Source: an uncultured Gemmatimonadales bacterium (lineage in GTDB: Bacteria > Gemmatimonadota > Gemmatimonadetes > Longimicrobiales > RSA9). From it: DNA of 64,000 nt. The stretch covers positions 192,001-256,000 of the forward strand of contig CAWCUS010000004.1 in the NCBI GenBank assembly GCA_963798845.1. The letters are read 5' to 3'. A model generated the notes under the pieces. It ran no database searches, was not told where the DNA came from, and saw only the letters and a program-made list of their open reading frames with translations. The position numbers were made by a program, and so were the translations under genes. Shown piece after piece: positions 30,979 to 41,286 of this stretch. Within the stretch, counting starts at the first letter, position 1; every line of letters begins with the position of its first letter.

Positions 30979-32091
30979 TCACGGCTCGATCACGAGGCTC
31001 GCGTTCTGGTTCCCCCAGCCGTCCGCCACGACCCCCGGCGCACCCGGGGGCAGGTACCACTGTCCATCCACGACGAAGCCGAAGTGGTGGAGCCCCGGCT
31101 CCAGAACCACGTCCGCGATCCACACCGGCCCGCGATGCTCCATGGGCCGCGGCGACCAGCCGGTGAAGTCGCCTGAGACCGCGACCGTGGTCGCGTCGGG
31201 GACCCGCAGCGCAAGACGGACCCGGCGGCCGCCGTCCTCGGGGGGCCCGACGGCAGCGACCGGCGCCCGGGCGGACGTCACCTCCATCGCGCGAATGCTC
31301 AGCGACAGCGTCACCGCGAAGCTGCCCTGGTTGCCGAACACCGGATCGCGCAGGCTGCGGCCGGCGTCGGCCCGGAGCAGGACACCGTCGGACAGGGACG
31401 CCGCGATGGTCACGCCGCCGCCCAGCGCCTCCTCGACGGGGTTCCGCTGCGCCTGAAGACGAAGCGCCGCGTTCCACCGGGGCGCCGTGTACGCCACCCC
31501 CGTCGTGGCTCCGAAGAATGCTCCTTCGACGGCGCCGTTGGAGACGTCGAGAGCGTCCGCCCCGACGCTGACCGCAACGCGACTTCCGGCGTGCTGGATC
31601 TCCACGCTGCCGCCCCCGAAATGGAGGCTTCCCTCGAGCGACTCGGAAGTCCAGGAGCCGGCGCTCCACACGGGTTCCGCCACGACGACGACGGGGCCGG
31701 CGGTGAACGTGATCGCGCCCTGGAGCCCGGCGCCCGCGGCCGAGTACGCGAACGGATCGAGATAGCGGAGACCGAAGGTGGTCGCCCCCAGGCGCACCGC
31801 GGCCGTTCCGAGTCTGTGGCCGAGGAACAGGCCGGCATCGCCCTGGAGCCACCGCCCCTCGTTCCCGGAGGCGGCCTCGCCGTACCTGCCCGAGGCCGCA
31901 GCCGACAGCGGGCCCGCGGAGGCGACGACGCGGCCGCCGAGCGTTCCGAACAGCGTGGCTTCGCCGCCGACGCCGGCCGGCGGGCGGGCATCGCTCCCCG
32001 CGGCCTCCAGCCAGATGGACAGGTCCTGTGCCGCGCCGTGGGCCGCCGCGGTCAGGAGGAGGGCGAAGACAGGTGCGGCTCGCCGGATCAG
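30979..32091 (-). CDS. Predicted outer-membrane beta-strand protein with C-terminal glycogen-binding (CBM48/AMPK-like) domain
   Basis: Frame open 98 codons beyond the listed start; signal peptide follows a CTG at 32091; alternating beta strands; VAVSGDFTGW...FVVDGQW...DGWG..NA. Confidence 0.75.
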   Translation of the reverse strand: MIRRAAPVFALLLTAAAHGAAQDLSIWLEAAGSDARPPAGVGGEATLFGTLGGRVVASAGPLSAAASGRYGEAASGNEGRWLQGDAGLFLGHRLGTAAVRLGATTFGLRYLDPFAYSAAGAGLQGAITFTAGPVVVVAEPVWSAGSWTSESLEGSLHFGGGSVEIQHAGSRVAVSVGADALDVSNGAVEGAFFGATTGVAYTAPRWNAALRLQAQRNPVEEALGGGVTIAASLSDGVLLRADAGRSLRDPVFGNQGSFAVTLSLSIRAMEVTSARAPVAAVGPPEDGGRRVRLALRVPDATTVAVSGDFTGWSPRPMEHRGPVWIADVVLEPGLHHFGFVVDGQWYLPPGAPGVVADGWGNQNASLVIEP

Positions 32092-32735
32092 ATCGAGCTT
32101 CCCGGAGGCAGGATCGTCATGAGTGCGTTGCTGTGTCCGAACCCGTCATCGACGTGCCTGTCCGCCCGCGGGTCCGTGACCCACTTGCCATCCACCACGA
32201 ACATGTACTTGTGGAGGCCCGGACGCACCGGAACGTACGCGGTCCAGACGCCATCGCCGTCCGGGTCGCGCAGCTCGGCGCGGGCCGCCGCCCACTCGTT
32301 GAAGTCACCGGCCACGGCGACCGAGGCCGCGCCGGGGGCGACGTAGACGAACTGGACATAGACCGCGTCGTCCCGGGTGGGCGTGGCAGCCACCCCGATA
32401 CCGGGGACGGAGCTGGAGTCGGCAGTGCCGCCACGGACGCCAGGCCAGAGCAGGACAATGGCGATGGCCGCAGCGGCGAGCGCGGCCACGGCGAGGGGGC
32501 GGACGCGCACGGTCCACGGGTCGACGAGCCAGCGCCCGGCGCGCTCCCAGGCATGCGTGCGCCCGCGGCGGGCGATGCGCGCCATCACGGCGTCTTCGAT
32601 CCAGGCCGGTGCGTCCTGCGACTCGCGCCCCACGTCGAGCCATTCCCGCCATTGACGTGCGGCGGGGCGCAGCTCCTCAGGGAGATCGGCCTCGCCGATC
32701 TCCCCGTCCAGCCATCGCTGCAGCTCTTCTCTCAT
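32088..32735 (-). CDS. Putative anti-sigma factor with TM helix and C-terminal glycogen-binding domain
   Basis: LQRWLDGE anti-sigma-like start, TM, VAVAGDFNEW..DGVW..YMFVVDGKWVTDP..DDGFG; start overlaps sigma stop. Confidence 0.8.
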   Translation of the reverse strand: MREELQRWLDGEIGEADLPEELRPAARQWREWLDVGRESQDAPAWIEDAVMARIARRGRTHAWERAGRWLVDPWTVRVRPLAVAALAAAAIAIVLLWPGVRGGTADSSSVPGIGVAATPTRDDAVYVQFVYVAPGAASVAVAGDFNEWAAARAELRDPDGDGVWTAYVPVRPGLHKYMFVVDGKWVTDPRADRHVDDGFGHSNALMTILPPGSSI

Positions 32736-33292
32736 GGTGCCTCGTCCTCCAGCCACCTCGCCAGCATCTCGCGGGCCCGGTGCACCCGCATCTTCAGGGC
32801 CCCCACGGACGCTCCGAGGAGATCGGACATCTCCTCGTACGACCGCCCCTCTTCGTGCTTCATGACGAAGGCCTCGCGCTGGTCCGGCGGCAACCGGGAG
32901 AACGCGTCGTCCAGGCGCCGCCGCAGCGCGCGCTGTTCGGTGTCCCTGGCAGGGTCGTGCTGCCCGGCCAGCGGTGCAACGGCATCGAGCGAAAGATGGC
33001 CCCGTCGGACGTTCTTCAGGTAGTCTTTCGACCCGTTCGCCACGATACGGAACGCCCATGATCCGAACCGGTCCGGGTTGCGGCACCGGTCCAGTCGGGT
33101 GAACGCCTTCACCAGAGCCGACTGGACCAGGTCGGCCGCCACGTCGCGCTGCCCCGTCATCCGCATCGCGTGGGCGTGGAGCATGTCCTGGTGCCGCTTC
33201 ACCAGCACCCGGAACAGCTCGTGCTCCCCGGCAAGCACCCGGGCCACGACTTCGCCGTCGCCCGGCTCTGCGGTTCGGTCGCTCGGGCTCAT
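32732..33292 (-). CDS. ECF RNA polymerase sigma factor
   Basis: AADLVQ, FGSWAFRIVAN, LPPDQREAF, SYEEM, KMRVHRAR. Confidence 0.92.
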   Translation of the reverse strand: MSPSDRTAEPGDGEVVARVLAGEHELFRVLVKRHQDMLHAHAMRMTGQRDVAADLVQSALVKAFTRLDRCRNPDRFGSWAFRIVANGSKDYLKNVRRGHLSLDAVAPLAGQHDPARDTEQRALRRRLDDAFSRLPPDQREAFVMKHEEGRSYEEMSDLLGASVGALKMRVHRAREMLARWLEDEAP

Positions 33293-33307
33293 CAGTACCC
33301 GGAACAG

Positions 33308-33334
33308 GACGATCCAACGCGCGTTCGCGTCACA
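33308..33334 (-). promoter_or_regulatory. Candidate autoregulatory ECF promoter
   Basis: TGTGAC-17 nt-CGTC just upstream of the sigma start. Confidence 0.35.
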
Positions 33335-33356
33335 AGCTATCGCACCGCGGCCGGAC

Positions 33357-33386
33357 TTGCATTGCCTCGAAAGGGATCACTACTTT
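33357..33386 (+). promoter_or_regulatory. Sigma70-type promoter of citrate synthase operon
   Basis: TTGCAT-18 nt-TACTTT. Confidence 0.4.
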
Positions 33387-33513
33387 CCGCCACGCCGTCG
33401 CGGCTCGACCGCGGTTTCGCGTCGGGGCTGGCCTCCTCCCTGGATTGCGGGGGACGTCGGCCCCGAATTCGTGAGTGGGGTGCCTCAGCGCAGGGAGACG
33501 GAAGGGAGAGGGA

Positions 33514-34646
33514 ATGGCCGGATCGGGACTGGAAGGCGTCGTCGTCGCGGATACGCGGTTGAGCCGGATCGATGGGGAAGCCGGCTCACTGGCCTACGCC
33601 GGATACACGATCGAGGATCTGGCCGAGCATGTCAGCTTCGAGGAAGTCTGTCACCTGCTGTGGACGGGCGAGCTCCCGACGGAAGCCGAGCTGGCGGACC
33701 TGCACCGCCGCCTCGTCTCGGCTTACGGGCTTCCGGACGACGTGCTTCGCCTCATCGGCGACGCTCCCCGTGACGCCCACCCGATGGCCGTCCTCCGGAC
33801 TGCCGTGTCCGTGCTGGGGATGCTCGACGCCTCCGCGGAGGTGCAGACCCGGGAGGCCAGCCTCGAGAAGGCGATACGGCTGACCGCCCAGATGGCGGCG
33901 ATCACGGCCGCGACGGCGCGGAGCCGGGCGGGGCTCGGTTACGTGGCGCCGGACCCGGCGCTCGGACACGCGGCGAATCTCCTGCACATGATGACGGGGA
34001 CGATCCCGGACGAGGCAGCGGTCCGTACCATGGATGTGGCGCTTACGCTGCACGCCGAGCACGGGATGAACGCCTCCACGTTCTCGGCGCGCGTCACCGT
34101 CGCGACGCTGTCGGACCTTTACTCCGCCGTCACATCAGCGATCGGCACGCTCAAGGGGCCGCTGCACGGCGGGGCGAACGAGCGGGTGATGGCGATGCTG
34201 CGGGAAATCGGGTCACCGGAGAACGCGGAGGCGTGGATTCGGGCAGCGCTGGAGCGCGAGCAGAAGGTCATGGGCTTCGGCCACCGCGTGTACCGCGCCG
34301 TGGACCCGCGCGCGCCGATCCTGCGGCAGCTCGGACAGGAGCTGGGCAGCTCGAAGTGGATCGAGATCTCCGACCGGGTGCGCGAGGTGATGCGCCAGGA
34401 GATGGAGCGGCGCAGGAAGCAGATCTACGCCAACGTCGATTTCTACAGCGCCTCGGTGTACGACAAGCTCGGCGTCCCGTCCGAGCTCTACACGAACATA
34501 TTCGCCTGTGCGCGGGTGGCGGGGTGGACGGCCCACGTGCTCGAGCAGCTGGCGGACAATCGTCTGATCCGGCCGAAAGCCCAGTACGTCGGGCCTGGGC
34601 CGCGCTCGGTCCCTCCCATGCAGAACCGAACCTCAGAGCAGAGACA

Positions 34647-34650
<4 letters not shown>
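33514..34650 (+). CDS. gltA: Citrate synthase (type I size; 2-methylcitrate synthase not excluded)
   Basis: [37 protein letters not shown]. Confidence 0.88.
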
Positions 34651-35888
<1,238 letters not shown>

Positions 35889-35891
35889 GCC

Positions 35892-37418
35892 ATGACTGTC
35901 ACCGTGTCCATCCGAACCGATCCGGTGGCGTCCGTGCGGACGTCGCTACTCGTCCTGCAGCACTTCCAGGACGACGAGGCCCCGATCGGCGCCAGCGCCG
36001 CCGTGGACGAGGCGCTGGGCGGGCTGCTCGATCGCCTCATGGCGCGGGGCGACTTCCGGGGCAAGCCGGACGAGACGCTGCTGGTGTACCCGGAGGACCC
36101 GGGGTTCCCCGCCCAGCGCGTCCTCCTGGTGGGGATCGGGAAGCGCGAGGAGTACGCCATGCAGGGGCTCCGCCGCGCTGTCGGGACCGCGGTGCGAGAG
36201 GCGGAGCGGCTGCGCGTGGACGAGATGACGGTGGCGCTCGGTCACACGGATCGGAAGAGCGAGCACATGGGGCCGTACTTCGCCGCCCGCGGAGCGGTGG
36301 AGGGGGCGGTTCTGGCCGCGTGGGACTACCGCGACCTGAAGACCGACAAGGAAGAGGAGCCGACCGTGCGGTTGCGCGGCGTCGCGATCGTGGCGTCGGG
36401 GGAGGAGGAGGCGAAGGACATGCGGGCGGGCGCCGACGTGGGCAGGATCGTCGCGGAAGCGGAGAACCTGGCGCGGGAGCTCGCGGCGAAGCCGGGCAAT
36501 GTCGCGACGCCCGAACACCTTGCGGAGGTCGCTCGACGGATCGCCGCTGAGGGCAAGATGAAGGTGACCGTCTTCGACCGGAGCGCTCTCGAGGAAGGCG
36601 GGTTCGGCGGGATCCTGGGCGTCGCGGCGGGGAGCGAGCAGGAACCCCGGCTCATCGTCCTCGAGTACAACGGCGGCACGGAGGGGGATCCCCCGCTCGC
36701 GCTGGTGGGGAAGGGAGTCACCTTCGATGCGGGCGGAATCTCGATCAAGCCGGCGAAGAAGATGGAGGAGATGAAGTACGACATGTCGGGGGCGGCCGGC
36801 GTGCTCGGCGCCATGCAGGCGGTGGCCCGCCTGCGTCCCCGCATCAACGTGGTGGCGCTGGTCCCGGCCACGGAGAACCTCCCGTCGGGTCGCGCGACGA
36901 AGCCCGGAGACGTGCTGCACATGTACTCCGGGAAGACGGTCGAGGTGATCAATACGGACGCCGAGGGCCGTTTGATCCTGGCCGATGCCCTGGCGTACGC
37001 CCGGAAGCAGTTCGCGCCGAAGGCCATGATCGATGCCGCCACCCTGACCGGGGCGGTGGTGGTCGGGCTGGGTCACGAGGCGATCGGCCTCATGGGGAAC
37101 AACGGCGATCTCATGGACGAGGTGCGGGCCGCAGGGGAGCGCACGGGAGAGCGCTGCTGGCCCCTCCCGCTCTGGGACGAATACCGAAAGCAGCTGGACA
37201 GCGATGTCGCCGACATCAAGAACGTGGGTGGTCCGCCCGCCGGCACGATCACCGCAGGGTGGTTCCTGAAGGAGTTCGTCGGGGATGTGCCGTGGGTGCA
37301 CCTCGACATCGCCGGAACGGCATACCGCGACGACCCGGTGTCCTACCTCCGCAAGGGGCCCACAGGCGTGCCGACCCGACTGTTCATCGAGTGGGTCCGG
37401 GCTCGCGCGGAAGCGTGA
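35892..37418 (+). CDS. pepA: Leucyl aminopeptidase (M17)
   Basis: VGKGVTFDAGG, MKYDM, NTDAEGRL, HLDIAGT. Confidence 0.95.
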   Translation: MTVTVSIRTDPVASVRTSLLVLQHFQDDEAPIGASAAVDEALGGLLDRLMARGDFRGKPDETLLVYPEDPGFPAQRVLLVGIGKREEYAMQGLRRAVGTAVREAERLRVDEMTVALGHTDRKSEHMGPYFAARGAVEGAVLAAWDYRDLKTDKEEEPTVRLRGVAIVASGEEEAKDMRAGADVGRIVAEAENLARELAAKPGNVATPEHLAEVARRIAAEGKMKVTVFDRSALEEGGFGGILGVAAGSEQEPRLIVLEYNGGTEGDPPLALVGKGVTFDAGGISIKPAKKMEEMKYDMSGAAGVLGAMQAVARLRPRINVVALVPATENLPSGRATKPGDVLHMYSGKTVEVINTDAEGRLILADALAYARKQFAPKAMIDAATLTGAVVVGLGHEAIGLMGNNGDLMDEVRAAGERTGERCWPLPLWDEYRKQLDSDVADIKNVGGPPAGTITAGWFLKEFVGDVPWVHLDIAGTAYRDDPVSYLRKGPTGVPTRLFIEWVRARAEA

Positions 37419-39343
37419 CCCCTCCCCGTTCGCTGCGTCGCCCCTGGCCACGATCCCGGTGGTCGGGGGCGTTTTGCATACCCTCCCTCCTCCTCGCGCT
37501 ACTCCTCGCGGGCGCGGAGGCAGCGTTGGCACCGGCTCCGACCTCGGCGCAGGAGCCGGAGCGGCCGGATACGCTGACGCGGCCACAGGCTCCGGATACC
37601 CTGCCGCGGCCACTCAGGGCGGACACGCTGGCGCCGGTGCCGCAGGACACGACGCCGGCAGCGCGGGACACGACGCCGCCCGCGCCGCCTCCGTCGGCGC
37701 TCGTGAAGCTCCCCCGCCCGGCGCCGACCGACTGGACGACAGGCGTATGGGAGTGGGATCGGGACGCCCTGCGTCGCCTGCCGAACCTGTCGCTCCTTCA
37801 GCTCCTGGAGCGCGTGCCTGGGCTTACGCCCGTCCGCCCGATCGCGCTCGGGGAGCCTGAAGGCGTGGGCGTTCTGGGGGCATCGCTGCAATCGATCCGC
37901 TACGTCGTGGACGGCTTCGAGCTCGATCCGCTCCTGTCCCCGACCTTCGACCCGTCGCGGCTCGCGCTGCTGGGGATCGAGAGTGTGCGCGTTGAGCGAG
38001 GCATCACGGGCGCGACCGTGAGGATCCAGACCCTGACCCCCTCGCAGCCAGGTTCCGAGAGCACCATCGAGGCCGCCACGGGCGACTATGGTGTCAATCT
38101 CTTCCGCGGCGTCTTCATGGCGTCCTCGGTGCTGGGTGGCCCCGTGGCCGCGGGGTTCGAGCGGCTCGCCGCCGAGGTCGGAGCGCCGTCGAACCTGACA
38201 GCGGCCTGGCTGAAGTGGAGCTGGGTCCGTGACTCGACTGGCGTCCAGTTCGAGCTGCGCCAGGAAGGGGCGGACCGCTCGGGCGTCGGGCCGGCGGAGA
38301 AGTCGAGCCGGCGCGACTGGACGATCCGCGCCCGACGGCCGCTCGGCCCGTTGTCCGCGGAGGTGTACGTAGGAGGCTCGTCCGTGGAGAATGACGGCAC
38401 CGACGTCACGCTGCGTGAAGCGACCACGCAGGCCGGCTTCCGGGTAGCCGCCGTCGTGGAGGCACCGTTCCCCACGCGGGCCTCGGCGGCGCTGCGCTGG
38501 CGCTCCCACCCGCGTCTTCCCGGACAGGAGCTGGAGGTCGGCGTGTGGGCGCGCCCGGCGCCGCTGATCGGGGTCGGCGCCGAGACGACGCAGCAGCGCT
38601 GGGAGGGCGCCACAGTGGGCCGGTGGTCCGCGCAGGCTGAGGCGGGGCCGGTCCTGGGGCTCACCGCCTTCGCCCAGGTGTTCCGCGCCGGCCCGGGGAA
38701 CAGGGCATCGCTGCGGGTGGTGCCCGGTCCCGATTCGGTGGCTCCGATCGAGCTGGCACGCAACGGCGTGCGCGCGGGTATCCGCCTGGCCGGCCACGGG
38801 TTCCTGCTGGGCGGCGCTACCCTCCGGCTGGATGCCGATTCCAGCACCGGGTTCGGGCTCCCGTTCGACTCGGCCCTCGAGCGCTTCCCGGGCGGGAGCG
38901 CGACCGGGATCGAGGCCGTCGCCCGCATCCCCACCGGCTGGGACCCTCTCTACTTCGAGGGGTGGTATGTCGGCATGGACGCGCCGGCCGGCTTCGTGTA
39001 TCTGCCGGACCGGAGCTGGCGTGCCGCGCTCGTGTACCACCACCTGCCTCTGCCGAGCGGGCACCTGGAGCTTTACGCCCGGGCCGAGCACGTCTTCCGG
39101 GGACCCATGTCCGTTGCCGCTCCCTCCGGGCTGGCGGAGGTCGGCGCGACCCGCGTCTCCAATCTGGAGCTTTCCATTCGCGTGATCACCCTCACCGCGT
39201 TCCTCCGGTGGGACGACGCGCTCTACGCGCTGCGACAGGAGCCGCAGCGCGACTTCCCTTCGCCGACCGCCGGTGCCGGCACCGGCTACCTCTACCCCGG
39301 GCAGCACCTGTCGTACGGCGTGAAATGGACGTTCTCGAACTGA
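37415..39343 (+). CDS. Outer-membrane plug + beta-barrel protein (TonB-dependent-receptor-like)
   Basis: Signal peptide, plug-like LLERVPG..YVVDG, alternating strands, C-terminal YGVKWTFSN. Confidence 0.7.
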   Translation: MTPPRSLRRPWPRSRWSGAFCIPSLLLALLLAGAEAALAPAPTSAQEPERPDTLTRPQAPDTLPRPLRADTLAPVPQDTTPAARDTTPPAPPPSALVKLPRPAPTDWTTGVWEWDRDALRRLPNLSLLQLLERVPGLTPVRPIALGEPEGVGVLGASLQSIRYVVDGFELDPLLSPTFDPSRLALLGIESVRVERGITGATVRIQTLTPSQPGSESTIEAATGDYGVNLFRGVFMASSVLGGPVAAGFERLAAEVGAPSNLTAAWLKWSWVRDSTGVQFELRQEGADRSGVGPAEKSSRRDWTIRARRPLGPLSAEVYVGGSSVENDGTDVTLREATTQAGFRVAAVVEAPFPTRASAALRWRSHPRLPGQELEVGVWARPAPLIGVGAETTQQRWEGATVGRWSAQAEAGPVLGLTAFAQVFRAGPGNRASLRVVPGPDSVAPIELARNGVRAGIRLAGHGFLLGGATLRLDADSSTGFGLPFDSALERFPGGSATGIEAVARIPTGWDPLYFEGWYVGMDAPAGFVYLPDRSWRAALVYHHLPLPSGHLELYARAEHVFRGPMSVAAPSGLAEVGATRVSNLELSIRVITLTAFLRWDDALYALRQEPQRDFPSPTAGAGTGYLYPGQHLSYGVKWTFSN

Positions 39344-39443
39344 TATCGCGCGGGCGAGCCCCGAACGGACCGCGCGAGCGAGGAGGCGCCCGAGGCCCGT
39401 CGCGTTGCACCGGTTCCCGCCCGACGGTTAGTTTGGCCGCGCC

Positions 39444-40328
39444 ATGATCAGAAGCATGACAGGCTTCGGCGAGGCCGAAGTCCAGACCGCAGCGGGGCTG
39501 CTGCGCGCGGAGATCCGGACGGTGAATCACCGGTTCTTCAGCCTGAACGTGCGCAGTCCGTCGGTGCTCGACCGATACGAGACCGGTATCCGGGAGTGGC
39601 TGAAGGGACTGATCTCGCGCGGCCACGTCAACCTCACGTACAGGCTCGAGGGGGAGGATGGGGCGACCGGGCCGGCGCTGGGGCTGGACGTGGAACGCGC
39701 CCGACAGTACCTGCGCATCTTCCGCACCCTGAAGGAAGAGCTGAACCTGCCGGGAGAGGTGGACCTCGAGCTGATCGCCCGCCAGACGGATCTCGTCGTC
39801 CGGGCGAACACGGAATTGCCCGCGATCGATGCAGAGGCCGTCCGGGAGGTGACCGAGCGTGCCGCCCGTGCCAACGTGGTCATGCGGGAGAAGGAGGGGC
39901 GCAGCCTCGAGGAGGACCTCGAAGGGCGCCTCTCCGCCATTTCCGGCGCGCTCACCGTCATCGCGGCCCGCGCGCCCGAGCGGCTCGTGCGCGAGCGCGA
40001 TCGCCTGCGCCGCTCCGTAGCGGAGCTCGCCGTCGACGCCACGGTGGACGACGAGCGGCTTGCCAGGGAAGTGGCCATCCTGGCCGACCGATGGGACATC
40101 AGCGAGGAGATCGTCCGCCTCCGCTCCCACATCGACCATTTCCGCGCCATGATCGCCGAGGACGCCGCCGAGCCGGTGGGCAAGCGACTCAGCTTCCTCG
40201 TCCAGGAGATGCACCGGGAGGCGAACACCATCGGCTCCAAGGCCAACGACGCTCCCATCGAGCAGCGCATCGTGGACATCAAGAACGAGATCGAGCGCCT
40301 GCGCGAGCAGGTGGAGAACATAGAGTGA
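39444..40328 (+). CDS. yicC: YicC/YloC family endoribonuclease
   Basis: MIRSMTGFG, VNHRF, QEMHREANTIGSK, REQVENIE. Confidence 0.95.
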   Translation: MIRSMTGFGEAEVQTAAGLLRAEIRTVNHRFFSLNVRSPSVLDRYETGIREWLKGLISRGHVNLTYRLEGEDGATGPALGLDVERARQYLRIFRTLKEELNLPGEVDLELIARQTDLVVRANTELPAIDAEAVREVTERAARANVVMREKEGRSLEEDLEGRLSAISGALTVIAARAPERLVRERDRLRRSVAELAVDATVDDERLAREVAILADRWDISEEIVRLRSHIDHFRAMIAEDAAEPVGKRLSFLVQEMHREANTIGSKANDAPIEQRIVDIKNEIERLREQVENIE

Positions 40329-40987
40329 GCCTCACGAGACCGGCGTTTCCCCTCGTCATCGCCGCACCGAGCGGCGCGGGAAAGACAACGCTCGCCCGCA
40401 TGCTCGTCGCGCGCACCCCCGGCCTGGTCTTCTCGATCTCCGCGACCACCCGGCCGCCCCGGCCACGCGAGCAGGATGGACGCGACTACCACTTCGTCGA
40501 CGACGAAACATTCAGCCGGATGATCGACTGCAACGAGCTCGTCGAGTGGGCGGTCGTTCACGGCAAGCGCTACGGAACGCCTCGCCGGGAGATCACCGCC
40601 GCGTTGAACAGCGGCAGGACCGTCGTGCTCGACATCGACGTGCAGGGGGCAAGGCAGGTACGGAAAATGTTCGCCGACGCGCTCCTCGTGTTCGTCCTCC
40701 CGCCGTCGGCCGATGAGCTCGCCAGCCGTCTCACCGCCCGCGCCAGCGAGGATGCCGACGAGCGCCGGCGCCGCCTGGCGAACGCACGCCGGGAGATCCA
40801 GGCCGCCCGGGAGTTCGACTACGCGGTGGTGAACGACGAACTGGAACGGACGCACGGGGAGATCGAGGCCATTGTCCACGCGGAATGGGCGCGCGTCGAC
40901 CGTCTGCGCGGCCTGTCCGACCACACCGCCGCCCTCTGCCGCGAGCTGGACGCCCTCATCAGCCACGGTTACAGGCCGGACGATTGA
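40325..40987 (+). CDS. gmk: Guanylate kinase
   Basis: APSGAGKTT, SATTR.PR, YGTP, LDIDVQG. Confidence 0.96.
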   Translation: MSLTRPAFPLVIAAPSGAGKTTLARMLVARTPGLVFSISATTRPPRPREQDGRDYHFVDDETFSRMIDCNELVEWAVVHGKRYGTPRREITAALNSGRTVVLDIDVQGARQVRKMFADALLVFVLPPSADELASRLTARASEDADERRRRLANARREIQAAREFDYAVVNDELERTHGEIEAIVHAEWARVDRLRGLSDHTAALCRELDALISHGYRPDD

Positions 40988-41052
40988 CCGCCAGGCCCGT
41001 CCGGGCTTACCTTTTTCGGTCTAGGTCGAAGACCCCAGCGAGCGAAGGAACC

Positions 41053-41271
41053 ATGGACGTCGTCACGCCCGGAGCCACCTCCGAGCACACTGGCAGCAAG
41101 TATCTGGGCGTTCTGGTCGCCGCGAAGTATGCGCGCGAGCTGAACGCTCTTCCGCGGGAAACCGTCCCCGCCGGGATGCAGAAGAAGCTCACCACGCGAG
41201 CCCTCGAGGCGCTGGCCGCCGGCAACATCGAGTTCCGTCTCATCAAGCGGCGCCGGACCGCGCCGCTCTAA
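41053..41271 (+). CDS. rpoZ: RNA polymerase omega subunit
   Basis: SKYLGVLVAAKYAREL; position between gmk and coaBC. Confidence 0.85.
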   Translation: MDVVTPGATSEHTGSKYLGVLVAAKYARELNALPRETVPAGMQKKLTTRALEALAAGNIEFRLIKRRRTAPL

Positions 41272-41286
41272 GCGGCGCGGCGCGCG

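Noticed and set aside
27499..33300. Genomic island integrated at tRNA-Leu
   Set aside because: No integrase, no duplicated tRNA 3' end seen, composition like the rest of the window
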